The notes below the pieces were generated by a model, which did not search any database, had not been told where the DNA came from, and was given only the letters and a program-made list of their open reading frames with translations. This document shows positions 37,049-46,252 of a stretch of DNA of 56,491 nt, piece after piece. Location: assembly GCA_051871555.1 (NCBI GenBank), contig JBJECZ010000190.1, forward strand, positions 1 through 56,491. Reading direction: 5' to 3'. The position numbers and the translations under genes were made by a program. This DNA comes from Muribaculaceae bacterium (GTDB lineage: Bacteria > Bacteroidota > Bacteroidia > Bacteroidales > Muribaculaceae). Positions within the stretch are counted from its first letter, which is position 1, and the number at the start of each line of letters is the position of its first letter.

Positions 37049-37996
37049 ATGCGAAAAATTATTACCATAGGCGAATCGGTACTTGACACCATATTCAAGG
37101 ACAACGTGCCTATGAAAAGCTTTGTTGGCGGACGCGTGGCAAATGCTGCCTGCTCGCTTGCTTTATCGGGGCTTGAAACGCTCATGGTGAGCGAATGTGC
37201 CAACGACCATGTGGGCGACATCATCGTGGATTTTCTGAAAAGCAATAAGGTTGACGTGACCTCGGTGGACCGCTACGTGAACGGCACCACGGCGTTTTCA
37301 GCCATCTTCGAGAGCGACAGCCACGAGCCGCAGCTGGTGAACTACGGCACCTATCCGCCCGACCGCTTCGACGTGGTGTGGCCACGCATCAACGAGGACG
37401 ACATTGTGCTGTTCGGCTCGCTCTATTCAATCGAAAATCAGCAACGCAGCCGCCTCTACGAGATTCTGCAATATGCCGCCGACCGCAAAGCCATCATGGT
37501 GTATCTGCCCGGCTTTCAGCACGGCATAAACTATAGCATCACCAAAGTGATGCCCAATGTGCTCGAGAATTTCGAACTGAGCAATGTGGTGATTGCCAGC
37601 AATCGCGACATTCACGACATCTTCCCACGCGAAACAGGCGAACAAGCCTATCGCAACCACATGATTTACTGCAACTGCCTGATGCACGTCACCGACGACC
37701 TCAGCACCACAGTGTACGGACGCGGAACCGCAGCACCCATTGAGCAACCCAGCAATGCACTCGGCAACGCGCTTGGCTGGCAGGCGGGTTACACAGCCGG
37801 CATCATCTACGGCATGGTGGCTGCCGACCTTCGCCACAAGACCATTGCCAACACCGATGCTCAAACATGGATGCAGATTGCCAAAGGCGCATACGCCTTT
37901 GCCGAGGAATGTGCCGCATCGGCAACCAACTGCGTCAGCCATGAGTTTGCAGAGCAAAAAGCCTGCGAACTGGCAAAAATCTTAGCAACCGAATAA
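37049..37996 (+). CDS. PfkB-family carbohydrate kinase-like protein
   Basis: N-terminus ITIGESVLD...GGRVANAA is typical of fructokinase-like PfkB proteins. The canonical C-terminal GAGD motif is not evident. Confidence 0.6.
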   Translation: MRKIITIGESVLDTIFKDNVPMKSFVGGRVANAACSLALSGLETLMVSECANDHVGDIIVDFLKSNKVDVTSVDRYVNGTTAFSAIFESDSHEPQLVNYGTYPPDRFDVVWPRINEDDIVLFGSLYSIENQQRSRLYEILQYAADRKAIMVYLPGFQHGINYSITKVMPNVLENFELSNVVIASNRDIHDIFPRETGEQAYRNHMIYCNCLMHVTDDLSTTVYGRGTAAPIEQPSNALGNALGWQAGYTAGIIYGMVAADLRHKTIANTDAQTWMQIAKGAYAFAEECAASATNCVSHEFAEQKACELAKILATE

Positions 37997-38016
37997 AACC
38001 ACACAACAAAAAAGAG

Positions 38017-38982
38017 ATGAAAGCACTGCAACACGAAGCATCATTGCCCACAATGCCCGCCGAAATCGACGAGCAACGGGCATACATCAACCGCACCGGA
38101 AATCTGCCCGAAGGCGAATGCGGCTTGCAGGTGAAAATGTGCTATGTGTTGTATTTGCTTAAGCACCGACGCAGCACCGACGCAGCAATGCTCATCGACA
38201 CGCTCAACTATTCGCCCGACATCGACATGCCTCTCATCAGCAAGGCATGGCTGTGGCTGGCGCGAATGAGCATCTACATTGCCAAGAAAGATTTCACTTT
38301 GGCTATCGGCGCTGCCGAGCAGTCGCTGCAAGCGCTCGACGCCATCGCCGTGAAGCGCGGCGAGGACTTCCTCGCCATTCTGGCTGCAATACTCTATAAT
38401 CTGGCTTCGATTCACAACAGCACAGGCGAGAACGTGCGTGCCGCCAAGGAGCTGTCGAAAGCGCAAAAGCTATACGAACGCTTGGTGAAGAAAAACGAAC
38501 ATCGCTTTGCCTCGATGCTCACCTATGCCGTTGAAGCCTCAACGGTGATTTTCACATCGCGAGCCAAACAGATGGAAGTGTTTTCGCACTACCAAGAGAT
38601 GAGCGAACACTACAGCGAACTGGCAAGCGAAGGCAACCACGATGCCTTGCGAAGCCTCATGGACACCCTCACAAAAGAGGGCGACCTGATGATGCAAATG
38701 GGCAACAGCCGCGATGCCGCCAAATACTACTCGAAAGCGCTACGCTGCCACAAAAGACTCGGCGCACCCATGGATAAGGATGGCTTGCACCTGTCGATAG
38801 CCCTGGCTCGAGCTTTGATGCAGAAAAGCGACCGCCGCGACACTGCCGAGCAACTGCTGCTCACCCTGCAGCCCGTGGCACAAAACCTTGGCGCCAAAGA
38901 TGCCGCCAAAGAAATTGAAGATTTGCTAAAAGCCAAAAACCGCAATTTCAGTATAATGTCGCTGCTAAAAGGCATCTTCTGA
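38017..38982 (+). CDS. TPR-like repeat protein, function unknown
   Basis: All-helical repeat composition. It lies immediately upstream of ribH, an arrangement conserved in Bacteroidota. Confidence 0.55.
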   Translation: MKALQHEASLPTMPAEIDEQRAYINRTGNLPEGECGLQVKMCYVLYLLKHRRSTDAAMLIDTLNYSPDIDMPLISKAWLWLARMSIYIAKKDFTLAIGAAEQSLQALDAIAVKRGEDFLAILAAILYNLASIHNSTGENVRAAKELSKAQKLYERLVKKNEHRFASMLTYAVEASTVIFTSRAKQMEVFSHYQEMSEHYSELASEGNHDALRSLMDTLTKEGDLMMQMGNSRDAAKYYSKALRCHKRLGAPMDKDGLHLSIALARALMQKSDRRDTAEQLLLTLQPVAQNLGAKDAAKEIEDLLKAKNRNFSIMSLLKGIF

Positions 38983-39050
38983 TGCTGCGCTCATCACCGC
39001 GCTTTTCAGCATCTCTTTCAACAACGAACCAACCATTCATCAAACATAAT

Positions 39051-39542
39051 ATGTTAAACAAAACAGAAGAAAACGAACAAAAAACATCGCCTCTCCCGCA
39101 CCTCGACGAACTGCGTGTGGGAATTGTAGTATCCGACTCGAAAGCCGAAATCTCAAAAGTGCTTTGCGACAGCGCCGTGGCTGTGCTGCGCAACGAGGGT
39201 TACCCCGACAACGACATCACCGTGGTGCACGTGCCCAACACATTCCAACTGGTGTTCGCCGCTTCGCGACTCGCCAAATGCCGCGCATTCGACGCCGTGA
39301 TTATTCTTGGTTGCATTGTGCGCGGAACCACTCCACACTTCGAATACGAGTGCCAGCACGTCACTCAAGGTGCCGCTATACTTAATGCCGAAGGCAAAGT
39401 GCCCGTGATTTTTGGCGTGCTCACCGTCGACACCGAAGAACAAGCCTACTTGCGCATCGCCGGCGAAAACTCGGAATGCGACAAAGGCGCCGAAGCTGCC
39501 GAAGCCGCCATCAGAATGGCTGAAATAGCTCGCAAATTCTAA
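39051..39542 (+). CDS. ribH: 6,7-dimethyl-8-ribityllumazine synthase
   Basis: Motifs VGIVVS, VHVPNTFQLV, ILGCIVRGTTPHFEY and PVIFGVLT. The start is set at ATG 39051. Confidence 0.9.
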   Translation: MLNKTEENEQKTSPLPHLDELRVGIVVSDSKAEISKVLCDSAVAVLRNEGYPDNDITVVHVPNTFQLVFAASRLAKCRAFDAVIILGCIVRGTTPHFEYECQHVTQGAAILNAEGKVPVIFGVLTVDTEEQAYLRIAGENSECDKGAEAAEAAIRMAEIARKF

Positions 39543-39555
39543 CAAAAGCAAAAAA

Positions 39556-40602
39556 ATGACTGACAAACAAGCAAATACATTGCATGGCATTCTGCTGATA
39601 GCGCTGTTTGCACTATCGGCATTCTTCATTGCCGACTTTGAGTGGGTGAAACGACTGTCGCTCAGCCCGCTTATTGTGGGCATCATTCTGGGTATGATTT
39701 ACGCCAACACCCTGCGCAAATACATGCCCGCCGACTGGACTCCGGGCATCAAACTGTGCACAAAGCAGATTTTGCGCACCGGCATCGTGCTCTACGGATT
39801 CCGTCTAACCATTCAAGACGTCTACAGCATAGGTCTGCCGGCGCTGTGGGTTGACTGCATAGTGATTATTGGCACAATCGCCCTGGGCATGCTGTTCGGC
39901 AAACTGCTGAAGATGGACACCGACACCACACTGATGACCAGCACCGGTGCCGCCATCTGCGGCGCTGCTGCCGTGCTCGGCGCCGAACCTGTGGTGCGTT
40001 GCGAAGCCCACAAGACAGCCGTGGCAGTGTCGACGGTGGTGATTTTCGGCACACTGTCGATGTTCCTCTACCCGATAGTATATCGTATGGGCATTCTCGA
40101 CCTCACCACCCAGCAATGGGCAATCTACACCGGCGGCACGCTGCACGAGGTGGCTCACGTGGTGGGTGCCGGCAACGCCATGGACCCCGAAGGCACGCTG
40201 CACATTGCCGACCAAGCCACCATCACCAAGATGATTCGCGTGATGCTGCTGGCACCCGTGCTGCTCATCATGGCTGTGATGCTTGCCAAGCGCTCGAATG
40301 GCGCAGGCGGCGGCAAGCGCAAGATTGCCGTGCCATGGTTTGCATTCGGTTTCATTGGCATAATCATCCTCAACTCGCTGCTGCAAAGCTGCTCGTTCAT
40401 TCCGCAAGAGGGCTTGAGCGAATCGGTGAAATACATCAACAGCTTCGACACCTTCCTGCTCACCATGGCAATGACGGCGCTCGGCACCGACACCAGCATC
40501 GACAAGTTTAAGGCAGCCGGCGCCAAGCCGTTCGTGTTGGCGCTGATGATTTACGCGTGGCTGCTTGTTGGCGGATATGTGCTCGTGAAAATTTTTGTGT
40601 GA
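39556..40602 (+). CDS. YeiH/UPF0324 family membrane protein (putative sulfate exporter family)
   Basis: About 10 TM helices with family-typical blocks (GAAICGAAA, GGTLHEVAHVVGAG). Confidence 0.75.
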   Translation: MTDKQANTLHGILLIALFALSAFFIADFEWVKRLSLSPLIVGIILGMIYANTLRKYMPADWTPGIKLCTKQILRTGIVLYGFRLTIQDVYSIGLPALWVDCIVIIGTIALGMLFGKLLKMDTDTTLMTSTGAAICGAAAVLGAEPVVRCEAHKTAVAVSTVVIFGTLSMFLYPIVYRMGILDLTTQQWAIYTGGTLHEVAHVVGAGNAMDPEGTLHIADQATITKMIRVMLLAPVLLIMAVMLAKRSNGAGGGKRKIAVPWFAFGFIGIIILNSLLQSCSFIPQEGLSESVKYINSFDTFLLTMAMTALGTDTSIDKFKAAGAKPFVLALMIYAWLLVGGYVLVKIFV

Positions 40603-40653
40603 TTTCATCCCCCAAACATTGCAATTAATAACCTAAAAAACCATATCAACACA

Positions 40654-41853
40654 ATGCATTCAATAAGTTACATGTATAAAATTGGTGTCGGCCCATCAAG
40701 CAGCCACACCATGGGACCAAAACGCGCGGCAGAGAAATTTTTGGCGCTGCACAGCGGCGTGTCGAGCTACAAGGTGACACTTTATGGCTCGCTTGCCGCC
40801 ACCGGCAAGGGCCACATGACCGACAAAGCCATCATCGACGTGCTTTCGCCGGTGGCTCCAACCGAAATTGAGTGGCGCAGCGACGTGTTCCTGCCGTTCC
40901 ACCCAAACGCAATGACTTTTCATGCCTACAACGCAAATGGGCTTGAAATAGGCTCTCGAACCTACTACTCGGTGGGCGGCGGCGACATCCTCGAAGAAGG
41001 TCAGCAAGTGTCGGCACGCCCCGAGGTGTACGAACTGTCGAACATCACCGAAATCAAGGAGTGGTGCCGCAACAGCGGTCGCTCGTTCTGGGAATACGTC
41101 GACGTGCACGAAGGCAACACCATCTGGGAATATCTGCGCGAAGTGTGGCAAGTGATGAAAGAAGCGGTGCAACGCGGCATCGAAGCCGAAGGCGTGCTGC
41201 CCGGCGGACTGGGCGTTAGCCGCAAAGCCGTGAGCTACTATGTGAAAGCGCTTGGCTACACCGGCAGCCTCAAGAGCCGCGGACTGGTGTATGCCTACGC
41301 ATTGGCAGTGAGCGAAGAGAATGCCGGTGGCGGAAAGATTGTCACCGCGCCCACTTGCGGTGCTTGCGGCGTGCTGCCTGCTGTGCTCTATCACCTGCAC
41401 CTCACCAAAGGCTTCTCCGAACAACGCATCTTGCGCGCCCTTGCCACTGCCGGGCTGTTTGGCTTGGTGGTGAAAACCAACGCATCGGTGTCGGGTGCCG
41501 ACGTGGGCTGCCAAGGCGAAGTGGGCGTGGCTTGCGCCATGGCTGCTGCCGCTGCCAACCAGCTGTTTGGCGGAACACCTTCGCAAATCGAATATGCTGC
41601 CGAAATGGGCTTGGAGCACCACTTGGGTCTCACCTGCGACCCCGTGTGCGGTCTGGTGCAGATTCCATGCATCGAGCGTAATGCTTATGCCGCTGCACGT
41701 GCCCTCGATTCAAACCTGTTCAGCACTTTCAGCGACGGCAACCACTTCATCAGCTTCGACCGCGTGGTGCAAGTGATGAAGCAAACCGGTCACGACTTGC
41801 CAAGCCTCTACAAAGAAACCTCGCAAGGCGGTCTCGCCACCATCCGACGTTAA
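40654..41853 (+). CDS. sdaA: L-serine ammonia-lyase (iron-sulfur dependent, single chain)
   Basis: Motifs IGVGPSSSHTMGP, TAPTCGACG and CDPVCGLVQIPCIERN. Confidence 0.9.
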   Translation: MHSISYMYKIGVGPSSSHTMGPKRAAEKFLALHSGVSSYKVTLYGSLAATGKGHMTDKAIIDVLSPVAPTEIEWRSDVFLPFHPNAMTFHAYNANGLEIGSRTYYSVGGGDILEEGQQVSARPEVYELSNITEIKEWCRNSGRSFWEYVDVHEGNTIWEYLREVWQVMKEAVQRGIEAEGVLPGGLGVSRKAVSYYVKALGYTGSLKSRGLVYAYALAVSEENAGGGKIVTAPTCGACGVLPAVLYHLHLTKGFSEQRILRALATAGLFGLVVKTNASVSGADVGCQGEVGVACAMAAAAANQLFGGTPSQIEYAAEMGLEHHLGLTCDPVCGLVQIPCIERNAYAAARALDSNLFSTFSDGNHFISFDRVVQVMKQTGHDLPSLYKETSQGGLATIRR

Positions 41854-41969
41854 CCTCACGATTCATAAACACCCCTCAAAATAATCAAGGGACCCTTACG
41901 GCGAAGCAATTCTCGCTGCAAGGGTCCCCTGATTTATATGAACCTGATTATTATGCGCTTATGGCATCA

Positions 41970-42578
41970 TTAGTCGTTCTTGAAGTTGTCGATGTCGGCA
42001 ATAATATCGGCAGCCTGACGTTGAGTGCGCAAATACTGACGCACACCAACGATTACACCAATCACAAAGCCAACGCCGCAACCAATGAGCAGAGGAATGG
42101 GGTTGGTGTTCACCTGCATTGTTTCCATCACCAGCCAGCCAAGCCACACCACAATGAACGGGATGCTGAACCACAGCCACCTATTTTGCATGCGGCGCAA
42201 GCGCAATGCCCGCAGACGCATGTCAATGAGGTCCGACGACAAAGCGCCCTCGCTGTTGATGCCGCGACGCATCTTTATGTTGTAGTAGATTGCCACCAAC
42301 ATAAACACAATGGTGACTATGGTGAACGGCCACGACCATTTCACCAGATAATGGTCGGCAACAATGGCAACACAACCCGCCACGGCAATACCCACCATTG
42401 CACGCCCGTCGCGATTGATGCTGCGCACCTTGCTGTTGACCGATGCGCGTATAATACGTTCATTAACAATCTGCTGCTGATTGAGTTTGTTGTTTAAAAT
42501 CTCAAACTGCGCCTTCAGTTGTTGCAAATCAAATGAGTTATCCATATCTGAAAAAATCTTTTTATTTACAATTTTCAA
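41970..42578 (-). CDS. Membrane protein downstream of an ECF sigma factor (possible anti-sigma or partner)
   Basis: 202 aa with a coiled-coil-like N-terminus and about 4 TM helices. It lies 29 nt downstream of the sigma gene. Confidence 0.5.
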   Translation of the reverse strand: MKIVNKKIFSDMDNSFDLQQLKAQFEILNNKLNQQQIVNERIIRASVNSKVRSINRDGRAMVGIAVAGCVAIVADHYLVKWSWPFTIVTIVFMLVAIYYNIKMRRGINSEGALSSDLIDMRLRALRLRRMQNRWLWFSIPFIVVWLGWLVMETMQVNTNPIPLLIGCGVGFVIGVIVGVRQYLRTQRQAADIIADIDNFKND

Positions 42579-42607
42579 AAGTTATTATTCTTATAATCAC
42601 ACATATT

Positions 42608-43081
42608 TTAGTTGTTCGACATCTGCTTCAGCTGCTCGCGTATGCGAAACAACCGAGTGGCAACATTGCTGGTGGTGATGCCCACAATGGCGGCAATCTC
42701 ATCGTAGGCTATACCCTCGAGCCACAGCAGCACAATTGCACGGTCGAACGGCTTGAGCCGGTGCACGCGGTCGTAGAGCATGCGCACCTGTTGCGCATCG
42801 GCATCTTTATCCTCAAAGAAGTCTACGTCCATGGTCAACGGCACCGTGGCGTTTTTCTTCTTCTTACGTTCGCATGAGATGCAAGTGTTCAGGCTAATGC
42901 GCCAAATCCACGTTTCCATCTTGCTCTGCCCCTTAAACGAGGGCAAACCCTGCCAGATGTTTATAAGCACCTCCTGAAAAAGGTCGTTAACCTCTTCCGA
43001 GTCCTTCGAAAACATAAAACACACGGTGTAGATGGTGTTTTTATGCTTCTTCACCAGTTGCTCAAATTCTCTTTCGTCCAT
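42608..43081 (-). CDS. ECF-type RNA polymerase sigma-70 factor
   Basis: Region 2 (EEVNDLFQEVLINIW) and region 4 (LKPFDRAIVLLWLEGIAYDEIAAIVGITTSNVATRL) are recognisable. Confidence 0.85.
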   Translation of the reverse strand: MDEREFEQLVKKHKNTIYTVCFMFSKDSEEVNDLFQEVLINIWQGLPSFKGQSKMETWIWRISLNTCISCERKKKKNATVPLTMDVDFFEDKDADAQQVRMLYDRVHRLKPFDRAIVLLWLEGIAYDEIAAIVGITTSNVATRLFRIREQLKQMSNN

Positions 43082-43321
43082 TTAGTGAGTATGTGAATAA
43101 AAAAATAATAAGTGTTCGTTGGTTTAATATCTCTGTTTTTGCTGCAATTGCATGCCGCCTTCGCCGTAAGCTTTTTGCAATCACATCCATTTGACGCAAG
43201 TGCGCACCGAAAAATTACACATCAAGGCAAAATTTTTTTCAAATTTATTAATCTAAAGGCTTATTTGAAAATAAAATGCTAATTTTGTGTGACTTATTTG
43301 CAAACCTACCTCGAAACATAT

Positions 43322-44053
43322 ATGAACCGACTAACAACTTTAATACTTGCAATAATTATGACAACAACATCGGCTTCGGCAATGGTTAACGAGCACGGCA
43401 AAGTGCTTGCAGTGAAAAAAATTGAACTGAACACTACAGCCATGAGCGACATACCCGCTTTGCTCGACCGCCTCAGCGTGGAGTTTAACGACGTGGACAT
43501 TGCCAACTGGCCCGAATATAACAAGCAGACACCCGTGGCACAATTCCGCATTGCCCACACCGGCAGCCACATTGTGATTAACTATCGCGCCACCGAAAGC
43601 AGCGTGGCATCAACCGCCAACGAGCTTGGCTGGAACGTGTGGGAAGACGCCTGCATGGAGTTTTTCTGCTCGCCTGCCGACGATGGCATCTACTACAACA
43701 TGGAGTGCAACTGCACCGGCTCGGTGCTGCTGTGCGGCGGCGCCCCCGGCACCGAACGTCCGGCTGCTCAGCCCGAGGTGCTCAACACCATCAAACGCTG
43801 GGCATCGCTCGGCCGCGAACCGTTTGCCGAACGCATTGGCACGTGCACTTGGCAAGTGGTGCTGGTGATTCCCACATCGGTGTTCTTCATGCACAATGTG
43901 GACAACCTCGACGGCAAATCGTTCCGCGCCAACTTCTATAAATGCGGCGACAAACTGCAACAGCCTCACTTCCTGTCGTGGAACGCAATCAACAACCCAA
44001 AGCCAAACTTCCACCTGCCGCAGTTTTTCGGCACAATCGTGTTTGAACGCTGA
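43322..44053 (+). CDS. Secreted carbohydrate-binding family 9-like protein
   Basis: Signal peptide and a CBM9-like pattern (WEDACMEFFCSP..GIYYNMECNCTG...FYKCGD). The start is set at ATG 43322. Confidence 0.55.
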   Translation: MNRLTTLILAIIMTTTSASAMVNEHGKVLAVKKIELNTTAMSDIPALLDRLSVEFNDVDIANWPEYNKQTPVAQFRIAHTGSHIVINYRATESSVASTANELGWNVWEDACMEFFCSPADDGIYYNMECNCTGSVLLCGGAPGTERPAAQPEVLNTIKRWASLGREPFAERIGTCTWQVVLVIPTSVFFMHNVDNLDGKSFRANFYKCGDKLQQPHFLSWNAINNPKPNFHLPQFFGTIVFER

Positions 44054-44234
44054 TGCCACAACACCGTTTTTTTATAAAACTGCTGATTTTTAAGATTTTT
44101 TTTTGAAAAAAACAACGTAATAAGGTGCAAAAGCAATACCTTTGCACATGCGAAAATAACAATGTGAGGGTTGGCGGCAAATGCCTACCCCACATTATTG
44201 TGTAATATATTATCTTACAACAGATTTAAACTAA

Positions 44235-44825
44235 ATGGACAAACTCAGTTACGCCCTCGGCTTGAGCATGGGTCACAACTTCCTTGCATCAGGCATCAAA
44301 TCACTCCAATACGACGATTTTGCCGCAGGAGTGAAAGCCGTGTATGAAGGCGGCGAAAAGCAAATGACCTTCGACGAAGCCAAACAAATCATACAAGACT
44401 TCTTCACCAAACTCGAAGGCGAAGCAGCCGAGAAAAACAAGCAAGCCGGCGAGGCTTTCCTTGCCGAAAACAAAAAGCGCTACGGCGTGCACGTCACCGA
44501 CAGCGGCTTGCAATACGAAATCAAGAAGGAAGGCGAAGGCAATCCGCCCGAAGCCAAGGACAGCGTAACGGTGCACTACACCGGCACACTCATCGACGGT
44601 CGCGTATTCGACAGCTCGGTGCAGCGCGGCGAGCCAGCCACCTTCGGCGTCACACAAGTGATTCCGGCTTGGGTGGAAGCCCTGCAAATGATGAAGCCGG
44701 GTGCCGAATGGCGCATCTATTGCCCATCACACATCGCCTACGGCCCTAACGGCGCAGGCGGCATGATTGGCCCTAACGAAACCCTCATCTTCGACATCCA
44801 ACTCATTGCTGTGAACCGCAACTGA
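44235..44825 (+). CDS. FKBP-type peptidyl-prolyl cis-trans isomerase
   Basis: VTVHYTGTLIDGRVFDSS...VIPAWVEAL..MKPG..W...P...AYG is the FKBP core. Confidence 0.9.
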   Translation: MDKLSYALGLSMGHNFLASGIKSLQYDDFAAGVKAVYEGGEKQMTFDEAKQIIQDFFTKLEGEAAEKNKQAGEAFLAENKKRYGVHVTDSGLQYEIKKEGEGNPPEAKDSVTVHYTGTLIDGRVFDSSVQRGEPATFGVTQVIPAWVEALQMMKPGAEWRIYCPSHIAYGPNGAGGMIGPNETLIFDIQLIAVNRN

Positions 44826-44880
44826 TTGGGCTCGGACAACGAAATACAAACAAATTAAACAAACATAAATAAAGAAACAA

Positions 44881-45723
44881 ATGAAAAAAATTCTGTCAAT
44901 GGCAGCAGCAGCACTCTTGCTGGTTAGCTGCAATGGTAACGCAAGCAAAAACGAAACCCTGAGCGACTCTATCAGCAACCTCATGGGCGAAATGTATGGC
45001 TACGGCATCGCCAGCCAAATGAAAAACAGCCCTGACTCTGCAAAGTTCGACAAGGCTGCATTCATTCAAGGCATGGAAATGGTTGCTAACATCGATACTG
45101 CCGAAATGAGCAAACTGCAAGGTATGCAACTCGGCATGCAATTGGCTCAAATGCAAATGCAACTCAAGCAACAACAAAAGGTTGACTTCGACAAGAAAAA
45201 GTTCATCGAAGCATTCAAGAAGGCTTTCAGCAGCGACTCGCTCAAAGACCCTCAAATGCTGCAAATGCAACTTATGCCTATGATTGAACGCGCCTCGCGC
45301 GAAGCTAAGCTCAACGACCCTGTTGCCAAGAAAAACAAGGCTGACGGCGAAGCTTACGCTGCAAAGATGGTGAAGGAAGGCTACAGCAAAACCGAAAGCG
45401 GTCTCGTTTACAAGGTGCTTGCCGAAGGTAGCGGCGAAAACTTCACTGCCGACCAACAAATCGACCTCAAGTATGAAGGCAAGCTCATCGACGGCAAGGT
45501 GTTCGACTCGACTAACGGCGACGAAACTCGCGCCCTATCACCAAACGGTGTTGTTCCAGGTTTCCGCGAAGCCCTGTTGATGATGAAGCCGGGTGCTAAG
45601 ATGATTGTTGTTATCCCTGGCGACTTGGCTTACGGTGCCGACGGCCGTGGCGGCATGATTGGCCCGAACGCTACACTGGTGTTCACTATCGAAACCATCG
45701 GCGTTCACGAAGTGAAGAAGTAA
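44881..45723 (+). CDS. FKBP-type peptidyl-prolyl isomerase, lipoprotein
   Basis: Lipobox (LLVSC), a helical N-terminal domain, and a C-terminal FKBP core (YEGKLIDGKVFDS...VVPGFREALLMMKPG). Confidence 0.9.
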   Translation: MKKILSMAAAALLLVSCNGNASKNETLSDSISNLMGEMYGYGIASQMKNSPDSAKFDKAAFIQGMEMVANIDTAEMSKLQGMQLGMQLAQMQMQLKQQQKVDFDKKKFIEAFKKAFSSDSLKDPQMLQMQLMPMIERASREAKLNDPVAKKNKADGEAYAAKMVKEGYSKTESGLVYKVLAEGSGENFTADQQIDLKYEGKLIDGKVFDSTNGDETRALSPNGVVPGFREALLMMKPGAKMIVVIPGDLAYGADGRGGMIGPNATLVFTIETIGVHEVKK

Positions 45724-45763
45724 TATCTCACACGCCGCACGATTGCGGCTATCACACATAATC

Positions 45764-45806
45764 GGGGGCTGTGCCAGTTTCAGGCGCAGCCCTCGATGCT
45801 TTTTTA
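45764..45806 (+). terminator. Probable terminator after the FKBP genes
   Basis: GGGCTGTGCC-agtttca-GGCGCAGCCC with a T-run starting 8 nt after the stem. Confidence 0.5.
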
Positions 45807-45961
45807 TTTACCCATGTAGCCTATGGGGTGCAACCGCAGGATTGGCAGATGACGCCAAAAATTCACAAATTCATCGCAATTTTTACCTCAAAAAACAAAC
45901 AGCCATCATCGGCAAAAATTTTTAAATTTCATATATTACACTAAATCAATCGTTTAATTAT

Positions 45962-46063
45962 TTTGTAATGATTACAAAATGTTAAATTACAAGTTAATTT
46001 TGGTAAATCATATATTAAACACCGTAAAACCTATTGCAAATGAATTTTTCGATATTACCTTTG
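45962..46063 (+). promoter_or_regulatory. Conserved AT-rich promoter module, copy C
   Basis: It contains the perfect palindrome TTTTGTAAT-g-ATTACAAAA (45961-45979), TGTTAAAT, GTTAATTT and ATTAAACACC. TTG is at 46034-46036, then a 19-nt spacer, then -7 TACCTTTG at 46056-46063. It aligns with 2895-2995. Confidence 0.6.
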
Positions 46064-46252
46064 CATCGACGATAAGAGCGCCTTAGTCTTAATTTAATAC
46101 TTGATAAGTTTTTAGTTGATTAGAGATAAGGACAGCGCGGAACACTTGATAGGACAAAAAAACAATCCGAAAAAAAATACAGCTAAGCAGTCGCTCTTGT
46201 CAGAAGAGAAATTTATTAGTAATCGAACTTTAATTTTAATTTATCACTCGCT

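Noticed and set aside
38983-39050. Possible FMN riboswitch or regulatory leader in front of ribH.
   Set aside because: The space is only about 70 nt, directly follows the TPR gene stop, and shows no FMN-element-like conserved helices. ribH appears co-transcribed with the TPR gene.
45810-46252. Possible invertible promoter (inverton) upstream of the 940-aa surface protein, considered because a tyrosine recombinase gene is nearby.
   Set aside because: I found no flanking inverted-repeat pair bracketing the promoter. The region has only the short central palindrome at 45961-45979 and direct repeats (AAAT(T)TCATATATTA at about 45925 and 46004). The recombinase looks like housekeeping XerD.
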